Positions 56,147 to 64,000 of a DNA stretch of 64,000 nt are shown piece by piece. This DNA comes from Bacillota bacterium. GTDB lineage: Bacteria; Bacillota; Sulfobacillia; Fermentithermobacillales; Fermentithermobacillaceae. The position numbers and the translations under genes are program-made. The notes beneath the pieces are model-generated. The model ran no database searches. It was not told the DNA's origin and saw only the letters and a program-made list of their open reading frames with translations. Each line of letters begins with the position of its first letter. Within the stretch, counting starts at the first letter, position 1. Where the stretch lies: the NCBI GenBank assembly GCA_050952065.1, contig JBMNKF010000002.1:230971-294970 (forward strand), given 5' to 3'.

Positions 56147-56336
56147 GAATCTGGCAGACGCGGATTTGGAAAAGAAGCTCGCTGATCTGAAAGACGAACT
56201 CTTCAACCTGCGTTTTCAGATGACCACCGGGCAGCTTGACAACGTTACCAGAATTCGCGAGGTAAAGCGGTCGATCGCCAGGGTGAAGACGATTCAGCGC
56301 CAGCGAGAACTCGGAAGGCTCGCCCAGGAGGGTTGA
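56127..56336 (+). CDS. rpmC: 50S ribosomal protein L29
   Basis: [37 protein letters not shown]. Confidence 0.9.
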   Translation: MKAQEIRNLADADLEKKLADLKDELFNLRFQMTTGQLDNVTRIREVKRSIARVKTIQRQRELGRLAQEG

Positions 56337-56338
56337 AC

Positions 56339-56620
56339 ATGGAACGGGGAAAGCGCAAGAGAATCACAGGTGTTGTAGTCAGCGACAAGATGGACAAAAC
56401 CCGCGTGGTGGCCATTGAGTCTTGGAAGATGGCGCCCATTTACAGGAAGAGAGTTCGCTCGACCCATAGGGTCAAGGCTCATGACGAAGGCAACCAAACC
56501 CGCATAGGGGACACGGTTGTGCTGGTAGAGTCGCGTCCCTTGTCTCGAGACAAGAGATGGCGCATCGCCAGAGTGGTCACAACCGGCAACGATGCATCTA
56601 TCGCCGGAGGTGACCGGTAG
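56339..56620 (+). CDS. rpsQ: 30S ribosomal protein S17
   Basis: [27 protein letters not shown] ggaggg 6 nt upstream. Confidence 0.9.
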   Translation: MERGKRKRITGVVVSDKMDKTRVVAIESWKMAPIYRKRVRSTHRVKAHDEGNQTRIGDTVVLVESRPLSRDKRWRIARVVTTGNDASIAGGDR

Positions 56621-56988
56621 TGATCCAGGTTCAAACCAGGCTCACCGTGGCAGACAATACTGGCGCTAGAAAGATCCAGTGCATTAGGGTTGTAGGCGGC
56701 GCCAGAAGACGCTATGCAGGGCTCGGCGATACTATCGTTGCCAGCGTAAAGGAGGCCACTCCCGGAGGCGTTGTCAAGAAGGGCCAAATTGTTAGAGCCG
56801 TCATAGTCAGGATGGCCAAGAATGTGCGCAGGCGTGACGGCACCTACATCAAGTTTGACGACAACGCAGCAGTCATCCTTAAGGACGAGCACGAACCCCA
56901 GGGGACCCGAATTTTCGGCCCGGTGGCCAGGGAATTGAGAGAGAAGAAGTATACCAAGATAATTTCTCTGGCTCCTGAGGTCCTGTAG
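56620..56988 (+). CDS. rplN: 50S ribosomal protein L14
   Basis: [27 protein letters not shown]. Confidence 0.95.
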   Translation: MIQVQTRLTVADNTGARKIQCIRVVGGARRRYAGLGDTIVASVKEATPGGVVKKGQIVRAVIVRMAKNVRRRDGTYIKFDDNAAVILKDEHEPQGTRIFGPVARELREKKYTKIISLAPEVL

Positions 56989-57012
56989 GGTGGAAAAGGT
57001 GGTGCGTTATTC

Positions 57013-57324
57013 GTGAACATTCGAAAAGACGACACGGTTTTGGTGCTCACCGGCAAGTATCGGGGCAAGAAGGGTAAGGTCCTGACTGCTATGCCCGCCA
57101 AAGGTCGTGTGATTGTAGAAGGCGTCAACATGCGCAAGAAGCACCAGAGACCCACCAAGGAGATGCAGCAGGGAGGCATCGTAGAGAGCGAAGGTCCCAT
57201 CGATGTCTCCAACGTTATGCTGGTGTGTCCTAGATGCTCAAAGCCTACCCGGTTGAGATCCGAAGTCAGCGGGACGGGCAAGGTCCGCGTTTGTCACAAA
57301 TGCGGCGAAGCCATTGACAAGTGA
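57013..57324 (+). CDS. rplX: 50S ribosomal protein L24 with a C-terminal Cys4 (CPRC...CHKC) zinc-ribbon-like segment
   Basis: KOW N-domain ([16 protein letters not shown]). C-terminus [39 protein letters not shown]. Confidence 0.9.
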   Translation: MNIRKDDTVLVLTGKYRGKKGKVLTAMPAKGRVIVEGVNMRKKHQRPTKEMQQGGIVESEGPIDVSNVMLVCPRCSKPTRLRSEVSGTGKVRVCHKCGEAIDK

Positions 57325-57335
57325 GGTCGAGTGAC

Positions 57336-57872
57336 GTGGCGCTAAAGGAACGATATCGTGGAGAAGTCATCCCTGGGATGATGAAGGCTTTCTCGTACAA
57401 GAACACACTACAGGTACCGCGAGTCGAGAAGGTTGTCATCAATATGGGAGTCGGGGAAGCCACACAGAATGCCGACGCGCTCGAGGGGGCCGTCTCGGAC
57501 CTTGCCAAGATAGCCGGGCAGAAGCCCATTATTACCAAGGCGAAACGCTCGATTTCCGCTTTTAAGGTCAGGGCGGGCATGAATGTGGGCTGCAAGGTCA
57601 CTCTCAGAGGAGATCGAATGTACGATTTCCTCGAAAAACTCTTTAACGTTGTTCTGCCCAGGGTGAGAGACTTTAGAGGGATTTCTCCGGACGGATTCGA
57701 CGGTAGGGGCAACTTCTCTTTGGGTCTTAGGGAGCAAATTATCTTCCCTGAGATCGATTACGACAAAGTCTCCAAGATTAGGGGCATGAACATTACCATT
57801 ACGACTACTGCCAGGACCGATGAGGAGGGGTTTTATCTCCTCAGAGCTCTTGGAATGCCTTTTAGACAATAG
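57336..57872 (+). CDS. rplE: 50S ribosomal protein L5
   Basis: [41 protein letters not shown]. The GTG at 57336 is preferred over 57321. Confidence 0.9.
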   Translation: MALKERYRGEVIPGMMKAFSYKNTLQVPRVEKVVINMGVGEATQNADALEGAVSDLAKIAGQKPIITKAKRSISAFKVRAGMNVGCKVTLRGDRMYDFLEKLFNVVLPRVRDFRGISPDGFDGRGNFSLGLREQIIFPEIDYDKVSKIRGMNITITTTARTDEEGFYLLRALGMPFRQ

Positions 57873-57884
57873 GGGGGAGATAGC

Positions 57885-58070
57885 TTGGCAACCTTGGCCA
57901 AGATCAACAAGGCGAAAAAGGAGCCAAAGTTCTCGACTCAGCGAGTGAACCGCTGCAGCATATGCGGCCGTTCCCGTTCTTTTATGAGGAAGTTTGGGCT
58001 TTGCAGGCACTGCTTCAGGCGCTTGGCTCACCGCGGTGAGATTCCTGGCGTGACCAAAGCCAGTTGGTAG
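57885..58070 (+). CDS. rpsN: 30S ribosomal protein S14 type Z (zinc-binding, 61 aa)
   Basis: TTG start. [25 protein letters not shown]. Confidence 0.9.
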   Translation: MATLAKINKAKKEPKFSTQRVNRCSICGRSRSFMRKFGLCRHCFRRLAHRGEIPGVTKASW

Positions 58071-58083
58071 GAGGGAATCACCT

Positions 58084-58479
58084 ATGACACACGACCCTAT
58101 CGGGGATATGCTGACCAGACTCCGCAATGCGGGTTTGGCCAAGCATGAAAAGTTGGAGTTTCCCACCTCCAAAATGCTTGAGAGGATACTGGATGTCCTC
58201 AAAAGCGAAGGTTATATCAGAGATTTCGAGGTGATCCCTTCCAAGCCGGTGCCCAAATGCAAGGTTCACCTTAGGTATGGAGCGGGCAAGACCAGGGCCA
58301 TCACCGGCATTAAGCAAATCTCCAAGCCCGGCCTGAGGGTATATGCCGGCAAGGATGAAATTCCAAGAGTCCTGGGCGGGTTAGGAATCGCCATTGTCTC
58401 TACATCCAAAGGGGTCATGTCCGACAAGGCTGCCAGAGCATCTGGCCTTGGCGGTGAGGTAATCTGTTACGTATGGTAA
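58084..58479 (+). CDS. rpsH: 30S ribosomal protein S8
   Basis: [27 protein letters not shown]... Confidence 0.95.
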   Translation: MTHDPIGDMLTRLRNAGLAKHEKLEFPTSKMLERILDVLKSEGYIRDFEVIPSKPVPKCKVHLRYGAGKTRAITGIKQISKPGLRVYAGKDEIPRVLGGLGIAIVSTSKGVMSDKAARASGLGGEVICYVW

Positions 58480-58501
58480 GAATCCGCGGGAGGTCATTGA
58501 T

Positions 58502-59038
58502 GTGTCTCGAATTGGAGTAAAGCCCATCACGATCCCGCAAGGGGTCAGTGTGACCTTGGCGGATGGCGAGGTCACGGTCAAGGGCCCTAAGGGCACTCTG
58601 ACTAGGAAATTGCATCCGGACATGAAGGTTAACGTTGGTGAGGGCGAGGTTACTGTGGAAAGGCCTTCCGACAGCAAGACTCACAAGTCTATGCACGGCC
58701 TTACCCGAACACTCATCGCTAATATGGTGACCGGAGTCACTGAAGGATACACCAAGCGGCTTGAAATCTCAGGTATGGGCTACAGGGCAAGCAAGAACGG
58801 AGATCGGCTGGTGCTAAACCTCGGGTTCATAAGGCCTGTGGAAATCGAGCCACCCAAGGATGTTACCATTGAAGTGCCCGCACCGACCCAAGTGACCATC
58901 CAAGGTATCGACAAGGAAGTAGTTGGCCAGATAGCGGCCGATATCAGAAGGCTGAGACCGCCCGAACCCTATCAGGGTACTGGAGTCAAGTACGCCGGCG
59001 AGGTCATTAGACGCAAGGCCGCCAAGGCTGCCAAGTAG
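58502..59038 (+). CDS. rplF: 50S ribosomal protein L6
   Basis: [33 protein letters not shown]. Confidence 0.95.
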   Translation: MSRIGVKPITIPQGVSVTLADGEVTVKGPKGTLTRKLHPDMKVNVGEGEVTVERPSDSKTHKSMHGLTRTLIANMVTGVTEGYTKRLEISGMGYRASKNGDRLVLNLGFIRPVEIEPPKDVTIEVPAPTQVTIQGIDKEVVGQIAADIRRLRPPEPYQGTGVKYAGEVIRRKAAKAAK

Positions 59039-59070
59039 TGGCGAAACAAGAGAGAGAGGGTGGACCTTTC

Positions 59071-59436
59071 ATGTCTCCAAAGAGTAAGGCCGAGAAAAGG
59101 GTCAAGCGACACTTGAGGGTGCGCAAGAAGGTTTCGGGCACGCCGGATCGGCCGAGACTCTGCGTATTCAGGAGCCTTAACCATATCTACGCTCAGGTCA
59201 TCGACGATGTGGCCGGCAAGACGTTGGTGTCCGCGTCGTCGGTGGAACCGGCGATAAGGGAATCTGGGCAGTATGGGGGAAACGTGGCGGCTGCAAAGAG
59301 AGTAGGAAACCTGATAGCGGCCAGGGCTCTTGAACACGGGGTGAAACAGGTGGTCTTCGATAGAGGCGGTTACCTGTACCACGGTAGAGTCAAGGCTTTG
59401 GCTGAGGCCGCACGAGAAGGCGGCTTGGATTTCTAA
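59071..59436 (+). CDS. rplR: 50S ribosomal protein L18
   Basis: [49 protein letters not shown] with RBS gggtgg. The 59038 start is rejected. Confidence 0.9.
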   Translation: MSPKSKAEKRVKRHLRVRKKVSGTPDRPRLCVFRSLNHIYAQVIDDVAGKTLVSASSVEPAIRESGQYGGNVAAAKRVGNLIAARALEHGVKQVVFDRGGYLYHGRVKALAEAAREGGLDF

Positions 59437-60039
59437 ATGCGGGGTGATTACGGGGTGGACAATCCACGGGGAAAAGGCAGGGCCCGGGAAGGCAACGTTC
59501 GGAGGAGCGCTCCTTCTGACCGTCCTGAAGATGAGTTTAGAGACGAAGTTGTTTCCGTCGGACCTGTATCCAAGACTGTTAAAGGCGGAAGGCGGCGGAG
59601 TTTTAGGGCCCTTGTGGTAGTGGGAAACGGCAAAGGTAAAGTTGGCGCAGGCTTGGGGAAAGCCCTTGACCTGACCGATGCCATTAGAAAAGGCATTGAA
59701 GACGCCAAGAAGAACCTTATCGAGGTGCCAACCCACGGAAATACGATTACCCACGAGGTCTTGGGGGAACACGGTGCGGGCATGGTGCTTTTACGGCCGG
59801 CGTCGCCTGGTACGGGCATCATAGCCGGTCGCGGCGTTAGGCCAATTATGGAGTTGGCGGGCATCCAGGATGTCTTGGCCAAGTCTCTGGGTTCGGCGAA
59901 CCCATACAACGTTGTCTATGCCGCAATGGAGGCTCTCAAGTCACTTAGAGCCTATAGCACCATTTCCGAGCTCCGGGGAAAGCCTCTCAAGGCGCGCCAG
60001 GATGCGGAATCGGAGGTCACGCCAAATGGAATTGCATGA
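59437..60039 (+). CDS. rpsE: 30S ribosomal protein S5 (Arg-rich ~30-aa N-terminal extension)
   Basis: [33 protein letters not shown]...[24 protein letters not shown]. Confidence 0.9.
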   Translation: MRGDYGVDNPRGKGRAREGNVRRSAPSDRPEDEFRDEVVSVGPVSKTVKGGRRRSFRALVVVGNGKGKVGAGLGKALDLTDAIRKGIEDAKKNLIEVPTHGNTITHEVLGEHGAGMVLLRPASPGTGIIAGRGVRPIMELAGIQDVLAKSLGSANPYNVVYAAMEALKSLRAYSTISELRGKPLKARQDAESEVTPNGIA

Positions 60040-60466
60040 TCTTTCTCCAGTTCCAGGTTCGGTCAAAAAAGCTCGGCGAAAAGGGCAAGGTCTAGGGTCT
60101 GGGTTTGGCAAGACCGCAGGACGTGGACACAAGGGCCAGAACTCGCGATCGGGCGGAGGCAAGGGCCCAGGGTTTGAAGGCGGACAGATGAAACTCACCA
60201 TGCGCCTTCCCAAACGGGGGTTCCACAACAAGTTTAGAGTGGACTACGCTCTGGTTAATGTGCAGGACCTTGCGGTTTTTGATGAGGGCGCCGAAATCGG
60301 GCCCATTGAAATCAAAAAGGCGGGTCTAATGAGGCGCAACACCAAGAGTCTCAAAATTCTAGGGGAAGGTGAACTCGATAAAGCCCTTGTCGTCAAGGCT
60401 CATGCCTTCTCACAATCGGCAAAGGAGAAAATAGAGGCCGCTGGCGGCAAGGCCGAGGTGATATAG
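60026..60466 (+). CDS. rplO: 50S ribosomal protein L15
   Basis: [44 protein letters not shown]. Overlaps rpsE by 14 nt. No L30 gene between them. Confidence 0.9.
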   Translation: MELHDLSPVPGSVKKARRKGQGLGSGFGKTAGRGHKGQNSRSGGGKGPGFEGGQMKLTMRLPKRGFHNKFRVDYALVNVQDLAVFDEGAEIGPIEIKKAGLMRRNTKSLKILGEGELDKALVVKAHAFSQSAKEKIEAAGGKAEVI

Positions 60467-61729
60467 ATGGTCGGCAGCCTAAGAAACGCGTGGCGAATAC
60501 CTGATCTCAGAAGGCGGATCCTTCTGACTGTGGGTATGTTGATGGTGTTTAGAGCCGGGGTGGCCATCCCTGTTCCTGGGGTTGTGCCCGATCTCTTGGG
60601 CGAGCTTTTCGGAGAGGGAACGCTGTTCGCTTTCATGGACCTCTTCTCCGGAGGGGCGTTGTCCAACTACTCGGTGTTTGCCATGAGCATTCACCCGTAT
60701 ATCACCAGCTCCATCATCATGCAGCTTCTGCAGATGATCATTCCCAAGTGGGAACAGATGTCCAAGGATGAAGATGGGCGCAAGAAACTGCAGAGCTATA
60801 CAAGATACGCTACGGTGATTTTTGGCCTAATACAAGCGTTTGGTATGACGATGGCGATTCGAGCCCGTGGCGCCCTGGTTTCCACCTCTGCCTGGGTCGC
60901 GGCAGAAGCCATTTTGAGTCTGGTTGCAGGCACGGCGTTCCTCATGTGGTTGGGCGAGCTCATAACTGAGCGCGGGATAGGTAACGGGATCTCCCTGTTC
61001 ATCTTCGGCGGCATCATAGCTGAGATCCCCAGCGAAATTTACAGGATCTATGCCCTCCTCAAAGCCGGGCAAGCCGCCTGGTACAATGTCTTGGCGCTTC
61101 TGACGATGTCTGTGGTTACCATTTTCTTGGTCGTCTGGATCACAGAAGGCGAGAGGCGCGTGCCGGTTCAGTATTCCAAACGGGTGGTAGGACGCAAGAT
61201 GATGGGAGGGTATTCCACCCACATTCCCATTAGGATCAACCAGGCAGGCGTCATCCCTGTCATCTTTGCCTCGTCTATGTTGTCGTTTCCCGCCACAATT
61301 GCGTCGTTCGTGGACGCTCCTTGGGCCAAGAAACTGGGCGAAGTTTTCGACTACACTCAGCCGTGGTATACTGCCATGTATGCCGTCATGATATTTGCGT
61401 TTACGTTTTTCTATACGTCAATGGTTTTCAACCCGCTTGATATAGCTGACAACATGAGGAAGTACGGGGGGTTCATTCCGGGCATTAGACCCGGTAAGCC
61501 CACTGCGGATCTGTTGTCTAGGGTAGTCACCAGGATCACGGTGGTTGGCGGGTTGTTCCTAGCTTTGATAGCCGTGTTGCCCAACTTTATGATCCAGCTT
61601 ACGGGGCTTCCAGGTTTCCATGCTCTAGGCGGCACTGCTCTCTTGATTGTGGTTGGGGTCGCTTTGGACACTATGAAGCAGATCGAGGCCCAACTGGTCA
61701 TGCGAAACTATCAAGGCTTCTTGAAGTAG
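60467..61729 (+). CDS. secY: Preprotein translocase subunit SecY
   Basis: 10 TM helices. RRRILLTVGMLMVFRAGVAIPVPGV... Confidence 0.95.
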   Translation: MVGSLRNAWRIPDLRRRILLTVGMLMVFRAGVAIPVPGVVPDLLGELFGEGTLFAFMDLFSGGALSNYSVFAMSIHPYITSSIIMQLLQMIIPKWEQMSKDEDGRKKLQSYTRYATVIFGLIQAFGMTMAIRARGALVSTSAWVAAEAILSLVAGTAFLMWLGELITERGIGNGISLFIFGGIIAEIPSEIYRIYALLKAGQAAWYNVLALLTMSVVTIFLVVWITEGERRVPVQYSKRVVGRKMMGGYSTHIPIRINQAGVIPVIFASSMLSFPATIASFVDAPWAKKLGEVFDYTQPWYTAMYAVMIFAFTFFYTSMVFNPLDIADNMRKYGGFIPGIRPGKPTADLLSRVVTRITVVGGLFLALIAVLPNFMIQLTGLPGFHALGGTALLIVVGVALDTMKQIEAQLVMRNYQGFLK

Positions 61730-61742
61730 GGGAGTGTGACAA

Positions 61743-62417
61743 ATGGCTCGTATCCTGCTTTTGGGGCCCCCGGGTTCGGGTAAAGGGACACAGGCAAAAG
61801 CCCTTGCGGGGATGTTTGGTCTTCTTCACGTGGCGCCCGGCGACATATTCAGGCAAGAAGTCAAAGAAGGCACCGACCTTGGTCGACTGGTTGAAGGCTT
61901 TATGGCTGGAGGCCAACTGGTGCCGGATGACGTTACTGTCAGGATAATGGAGAAGAAGCTTGCCGCACCCGAAGCGCAAAAGGGCTATGTGTTGGATGGG
62001 TTTCCAAGGAACTTGGCGCAGGCAGAAGCTCTAGACCGCATGCTGGCATCTTCCGGGGTTTCGCTCTCTGTAGTGATCAACCTTGAAGTAAGCCCAGAGG
62101 ATATCTTGGAGCGCGCAAGAACCAGACGGGTTTGCAGTCGCTGCGGCAAACCCTGCAACCTTCATTCGGATCCTCCCAGAGTCCCGGGTGTTTGCGACGA
62201 TTGCGGCGGGCAGTTGGCCACCCGTAAAGATGACACGGAAGAGACCGTGAAAGAGAGGCTGGCGGTATACGAGCGCCACACCAAACCGCTTGTGGATTAT
62301 TATGCCCAGAAGGGTATCTTGGTGAACATTGAGGGTTCTCGTCCTGTCCAGGATGTCACCGACCACATAGTTCGGGCGTTGGCGGAAAAAGGTCTATTCA
62401 AGCAAGAAGAGATGTAA
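61743..62417 (+). CDS. adk: Adenylate kinase (zinc-binding LID)
   Basis: P-loop GPPGSGKGTQA. LID CSRCGKPCN...CDDCGG. Confidence 0.95.
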   Translation: MARILLLGPPGSGKGTQAKALAGMFGLLHVAPGDIFRQEVKEGTDLGRLVEGFMAGGQLVPDDVTVRIMEKKLAAPEAQKGYVLDGFPRNLAQAEALDRMLASSGVSLSVVINLEVSPEDILERARTRRVCSRCGKPCNLHSDPPRVPGVCDDCGGQLATRKDDTEETVKERLAVYERHTKPLVDYYAQKGILVNIEGSRPVQDVTDHIVRALAEKGLFKQEEM

Positions 62418-62419
62418 CT

Positions 62420-63163
62420 ATGGTGATCTTGAAGAGCGACAAAGAGATCGAGGCTATGGCTCAAGCGGGACGCATTGCGGGGTTGTGCCTCAAGTTTTTG
62501 GGGTCTTTGGTTAGGCCCGGAATCACGACTGGAGAGTTGGATGCGAGAGCTGAGGAGTTTATCCGAAGCCACGGGGCCATTCCGACTTTCAAGGGGTACA
62601 ATGGATTTCCTGGGTCCATATGCACCTCCATCAATGAGACGGTGGTGCACGGTATTCCCGACGAAACCCTTCTGCGAGAAGGCGACATCATATCCATCGA
62701 TGTGGGCGCCACGTTCTTGGGGTTTGTGGGGGATACGGCGGCTACTTTTGCGGTAGGCAGGGTGTCGAGGGAGGCTCAAAGGCTTATCTCTTGCACAGAA
62801 GAGGCTTTGGCCAAAGGAATAGCCGCGGCTAAGGAAGGCGGCTACCTGGGAGATATCGGATATGCCATAGAGAGTCATGCCGCCATGTTCGGGTATTCAG
62901 TGGTCAGAGACTATGCCGGCCACGGAGTAGGACGAAAGATGCACGAAGACCCGTGCGTCTCCAACTTTGGCGTGCCCGGGACAGGCCGCCGTATTCGGAT
63001 AGGGATGGTTATCGCCATTGAGCCAATGATCAACGCCGGGACCTATGAGGTAATAACCTATCCCGACATGCGGGTTGTAACCAGAGACGGTTCTTTATCG
63101 GCACACTTTGAGCACACCGTGGCGATCACTCCCGAAGGGCCCCGGTGCTTGACTCTGGTATGA
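62420..63163 (+). CDS. map: Type I methionine aminopeptidase
   Basis: Metal ligands in ...DIISIDVGATFLGFVGDTAATF...HGVGRKMHE...AIEPMI. Confidence 0.95.
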   Translation: MVILKSDKEIEAMAQAGRIAGLCLKFLGSLVRPGITTGELDARAEEFIRSHGAIPTFKGYNGFPGSICTSINETVVHGIPDETLLREGDIISIDVGATFLGFVGDTAATFAVGRVSREAQRLISCTEEALAKGIAAAKEGGYLGDIGYAIESHAAMFGYSVVRDYAGHGVGRKMHEDPCVSNFGVPGTGRRIRIGMVIAIEPMINAGTYEVITYPDMRVVTRDGSLSAHFEHTVAITPEGPRCLTLV

Positions 63164-63211
63164 GTTTCCAGCGCATGGACAGACTTTCTTGAGAGTATGA
63201 GGGGGAATAGC

Positions 63212-63430
63212 ATGCCGAGGCACGACAGCATTGAGGTAGAGGGCAAGGTCGTAGAGCCGCTTCCCAATGCCATGTTTCGGGTGGAGATCGAGGGAGGGCA
63301 CAAAGTTCTAGCCCACGTTTCCGGGAAGATGAGGATCAACTTCATCAAGATTCTGTCGGGTGACAGGGTGCTTGTGGAACTCAGCCCGTACGATCTTACC
63401 CGTGGTAGAATAACAAGGCGTTTTCGGTGA
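63212..63430 (+). CDS. infA: Translation initiation factor IF-1
   Basis: [51 protein letters not shown] gaggggg. The 63197 start is rejected. Confidence 0.9.
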   Translation: MPRHDSIEVEGKVVEPLPNAMFRVEIEGGHKVLAHVSGKMRINFIKILSGDRVLVELSPYDLTRGRITRRFR

Positions 63431-63469
63431 GTGCAGGGGAAGTGTCTCCTGTATGAGGGGGGTTCTGTG

Positions 63470-63583
63470 TTGAAGGTTAGAGCTTCTGTTAAGAAGATAT
63501 GCGAAAAATGCCGCATCATAAGGCGGCATGGGAGAGTTATGGTTCTTTGCGTAAATCCGAAGCACAAGCAGAAACAGGGCTAG
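63470..63583 (+). CDS. rpmJ: 50S ribosomal protein L36 (zinc-ribbon form)
   Basis: Not in the ORF track (<60 aa). [43 protein letters not shown] start. Confidence 0.85.
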   Translation: MKVRASVKKICEKCRIIRRHGRVMVLCVNPKHKQKQG

Positions 63584-63598
63584 CCAGGGGGTGAGACA

Positions 63599-63970
63599 GT
63601 GGCTCGCATATCCGGAGTGGACTTGCCACGAGACAAGACGGTTGAGGCGGCGCTTCCGTACATTTATGGGGTTGGTCGGTTCAGAGCCAAGGAGGTTCTC
63701 AAGAACACAGGCGTTAATCCCAACACCAGAGTAAGGGACCTCACAGAAGAGGAAGTAGCCCGAATCCGAGAGTTCATCGACAGAAACTACAAAGTTGAGG
63801 GGGATCTCCGCACCGAGACCCAACTCAACATAAAGCGGCTTATTGACTTGGGCACCTACAGGGGGCTTAGGCATCGCAGGGGTCTCCCTGTGAGGGGTCA
63901 GAGGACCCAGACCAACGCGCGCACCAGGAAAGGTCCTAAGAGGACTGTGGGAGTTCGCAGAAGGAAGTGA
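63599..63970 (+). CDS. rpsM: 30S ribosomal protein S13
   Basis: GTG start with RBS aggggg. [26 protein letters not shown]... Confidence 0.95.
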   Translation: MARISGVDLPRDKTVEAALPYIYGVGRFRAKEVLKNTGVNPNTRVRDLTEEEVARIREFIDRNYKVEGDLRTETQLNIKRLIDLGTYRGLRHRRGLPVRGQRTQTNARTRKGPKRTVGVRRRK

Positions 63971-64000
63971 CGGTAGGGAGGCGCAATCTGCGTGGCTAGA

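Noticed and set aside
57408-59772. 264-aa and 266-aa antisense ORFs across rplE-rpsH and rplF-rplR-rpsE
   Set aside because: They cross multiple well-conserved ribosomal protein genes on the opposite strand.

Overview
The window is a Gram-positive (Firmicutes-type, endospore-former-like) core chromosomal segment. It begins with the 3' part of an rRNA operon: 23S and 5S rRNA followed by an intrinsic terminator. There is no tRNA in the spacer before the 23S. Downstream are a secreted protein with two domains resembling the BsuPI proteinase-inhibitor fold, a second-family EF-G paralog, spoIID, trxB and an rlmI-like methyltransferase. Next comes the class III heat-shock operon ctsR-mcsA-mcsB-clpC-radA, whose promoter overlaps a CtsR box. 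A short minus-strand block follows, containing carD, tRNA-Ala(CGC) and a Cys-rich ORF. Then come yacL (PIN/TRAM domain protein), a fused ispDF, a divergent ThyX-like gene, an rlmB/yacO-like gene, sigH, tRNAs and an FMN-binding glutamate-synthase-family gene. A tRNA-Tyr/fMet/Thr cluster precedes the first tuf copy, followed by rpmG, tRNA-Trp, secE-nusG-rplKAJL and rpoBC. The rest is rpsL-rpsG-fusA-tuf(copy 2), then the S10/spc ribosomal genes through secY-adk-map-infA-rpmJ-rpsM. Several things stand out in an otherwise canonical region. (1) hypF-hypC-hypD-hypE, the [NiFe]-hydrogenase cofactor maturation genes, sit between rpoC and the L7Ae/rpsL genes. (2) An asd-aspartokinase-dapA operon lies between rplL and rpoB. 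(3) Two tuf copies share a 1.19-kb identical tract but differ in start codon and in the last two codons. (4) RpoB carries a ~200-aa hyper-acidic C-terminal tail with an embedded basic patch. (5) L24 has a C-terminal Cys4 ribbon, L30 is absent, and tuf runs directly into rpsJ. (6) The ThyX-like protein has a degenerate RHR(X)7S motif. No CRISPR, transposase or obvious mobile element was seen. I did not recognise a clear novel multi-gene system beyond these insertions, and all coordinates and start codons are hand-derived without tools.
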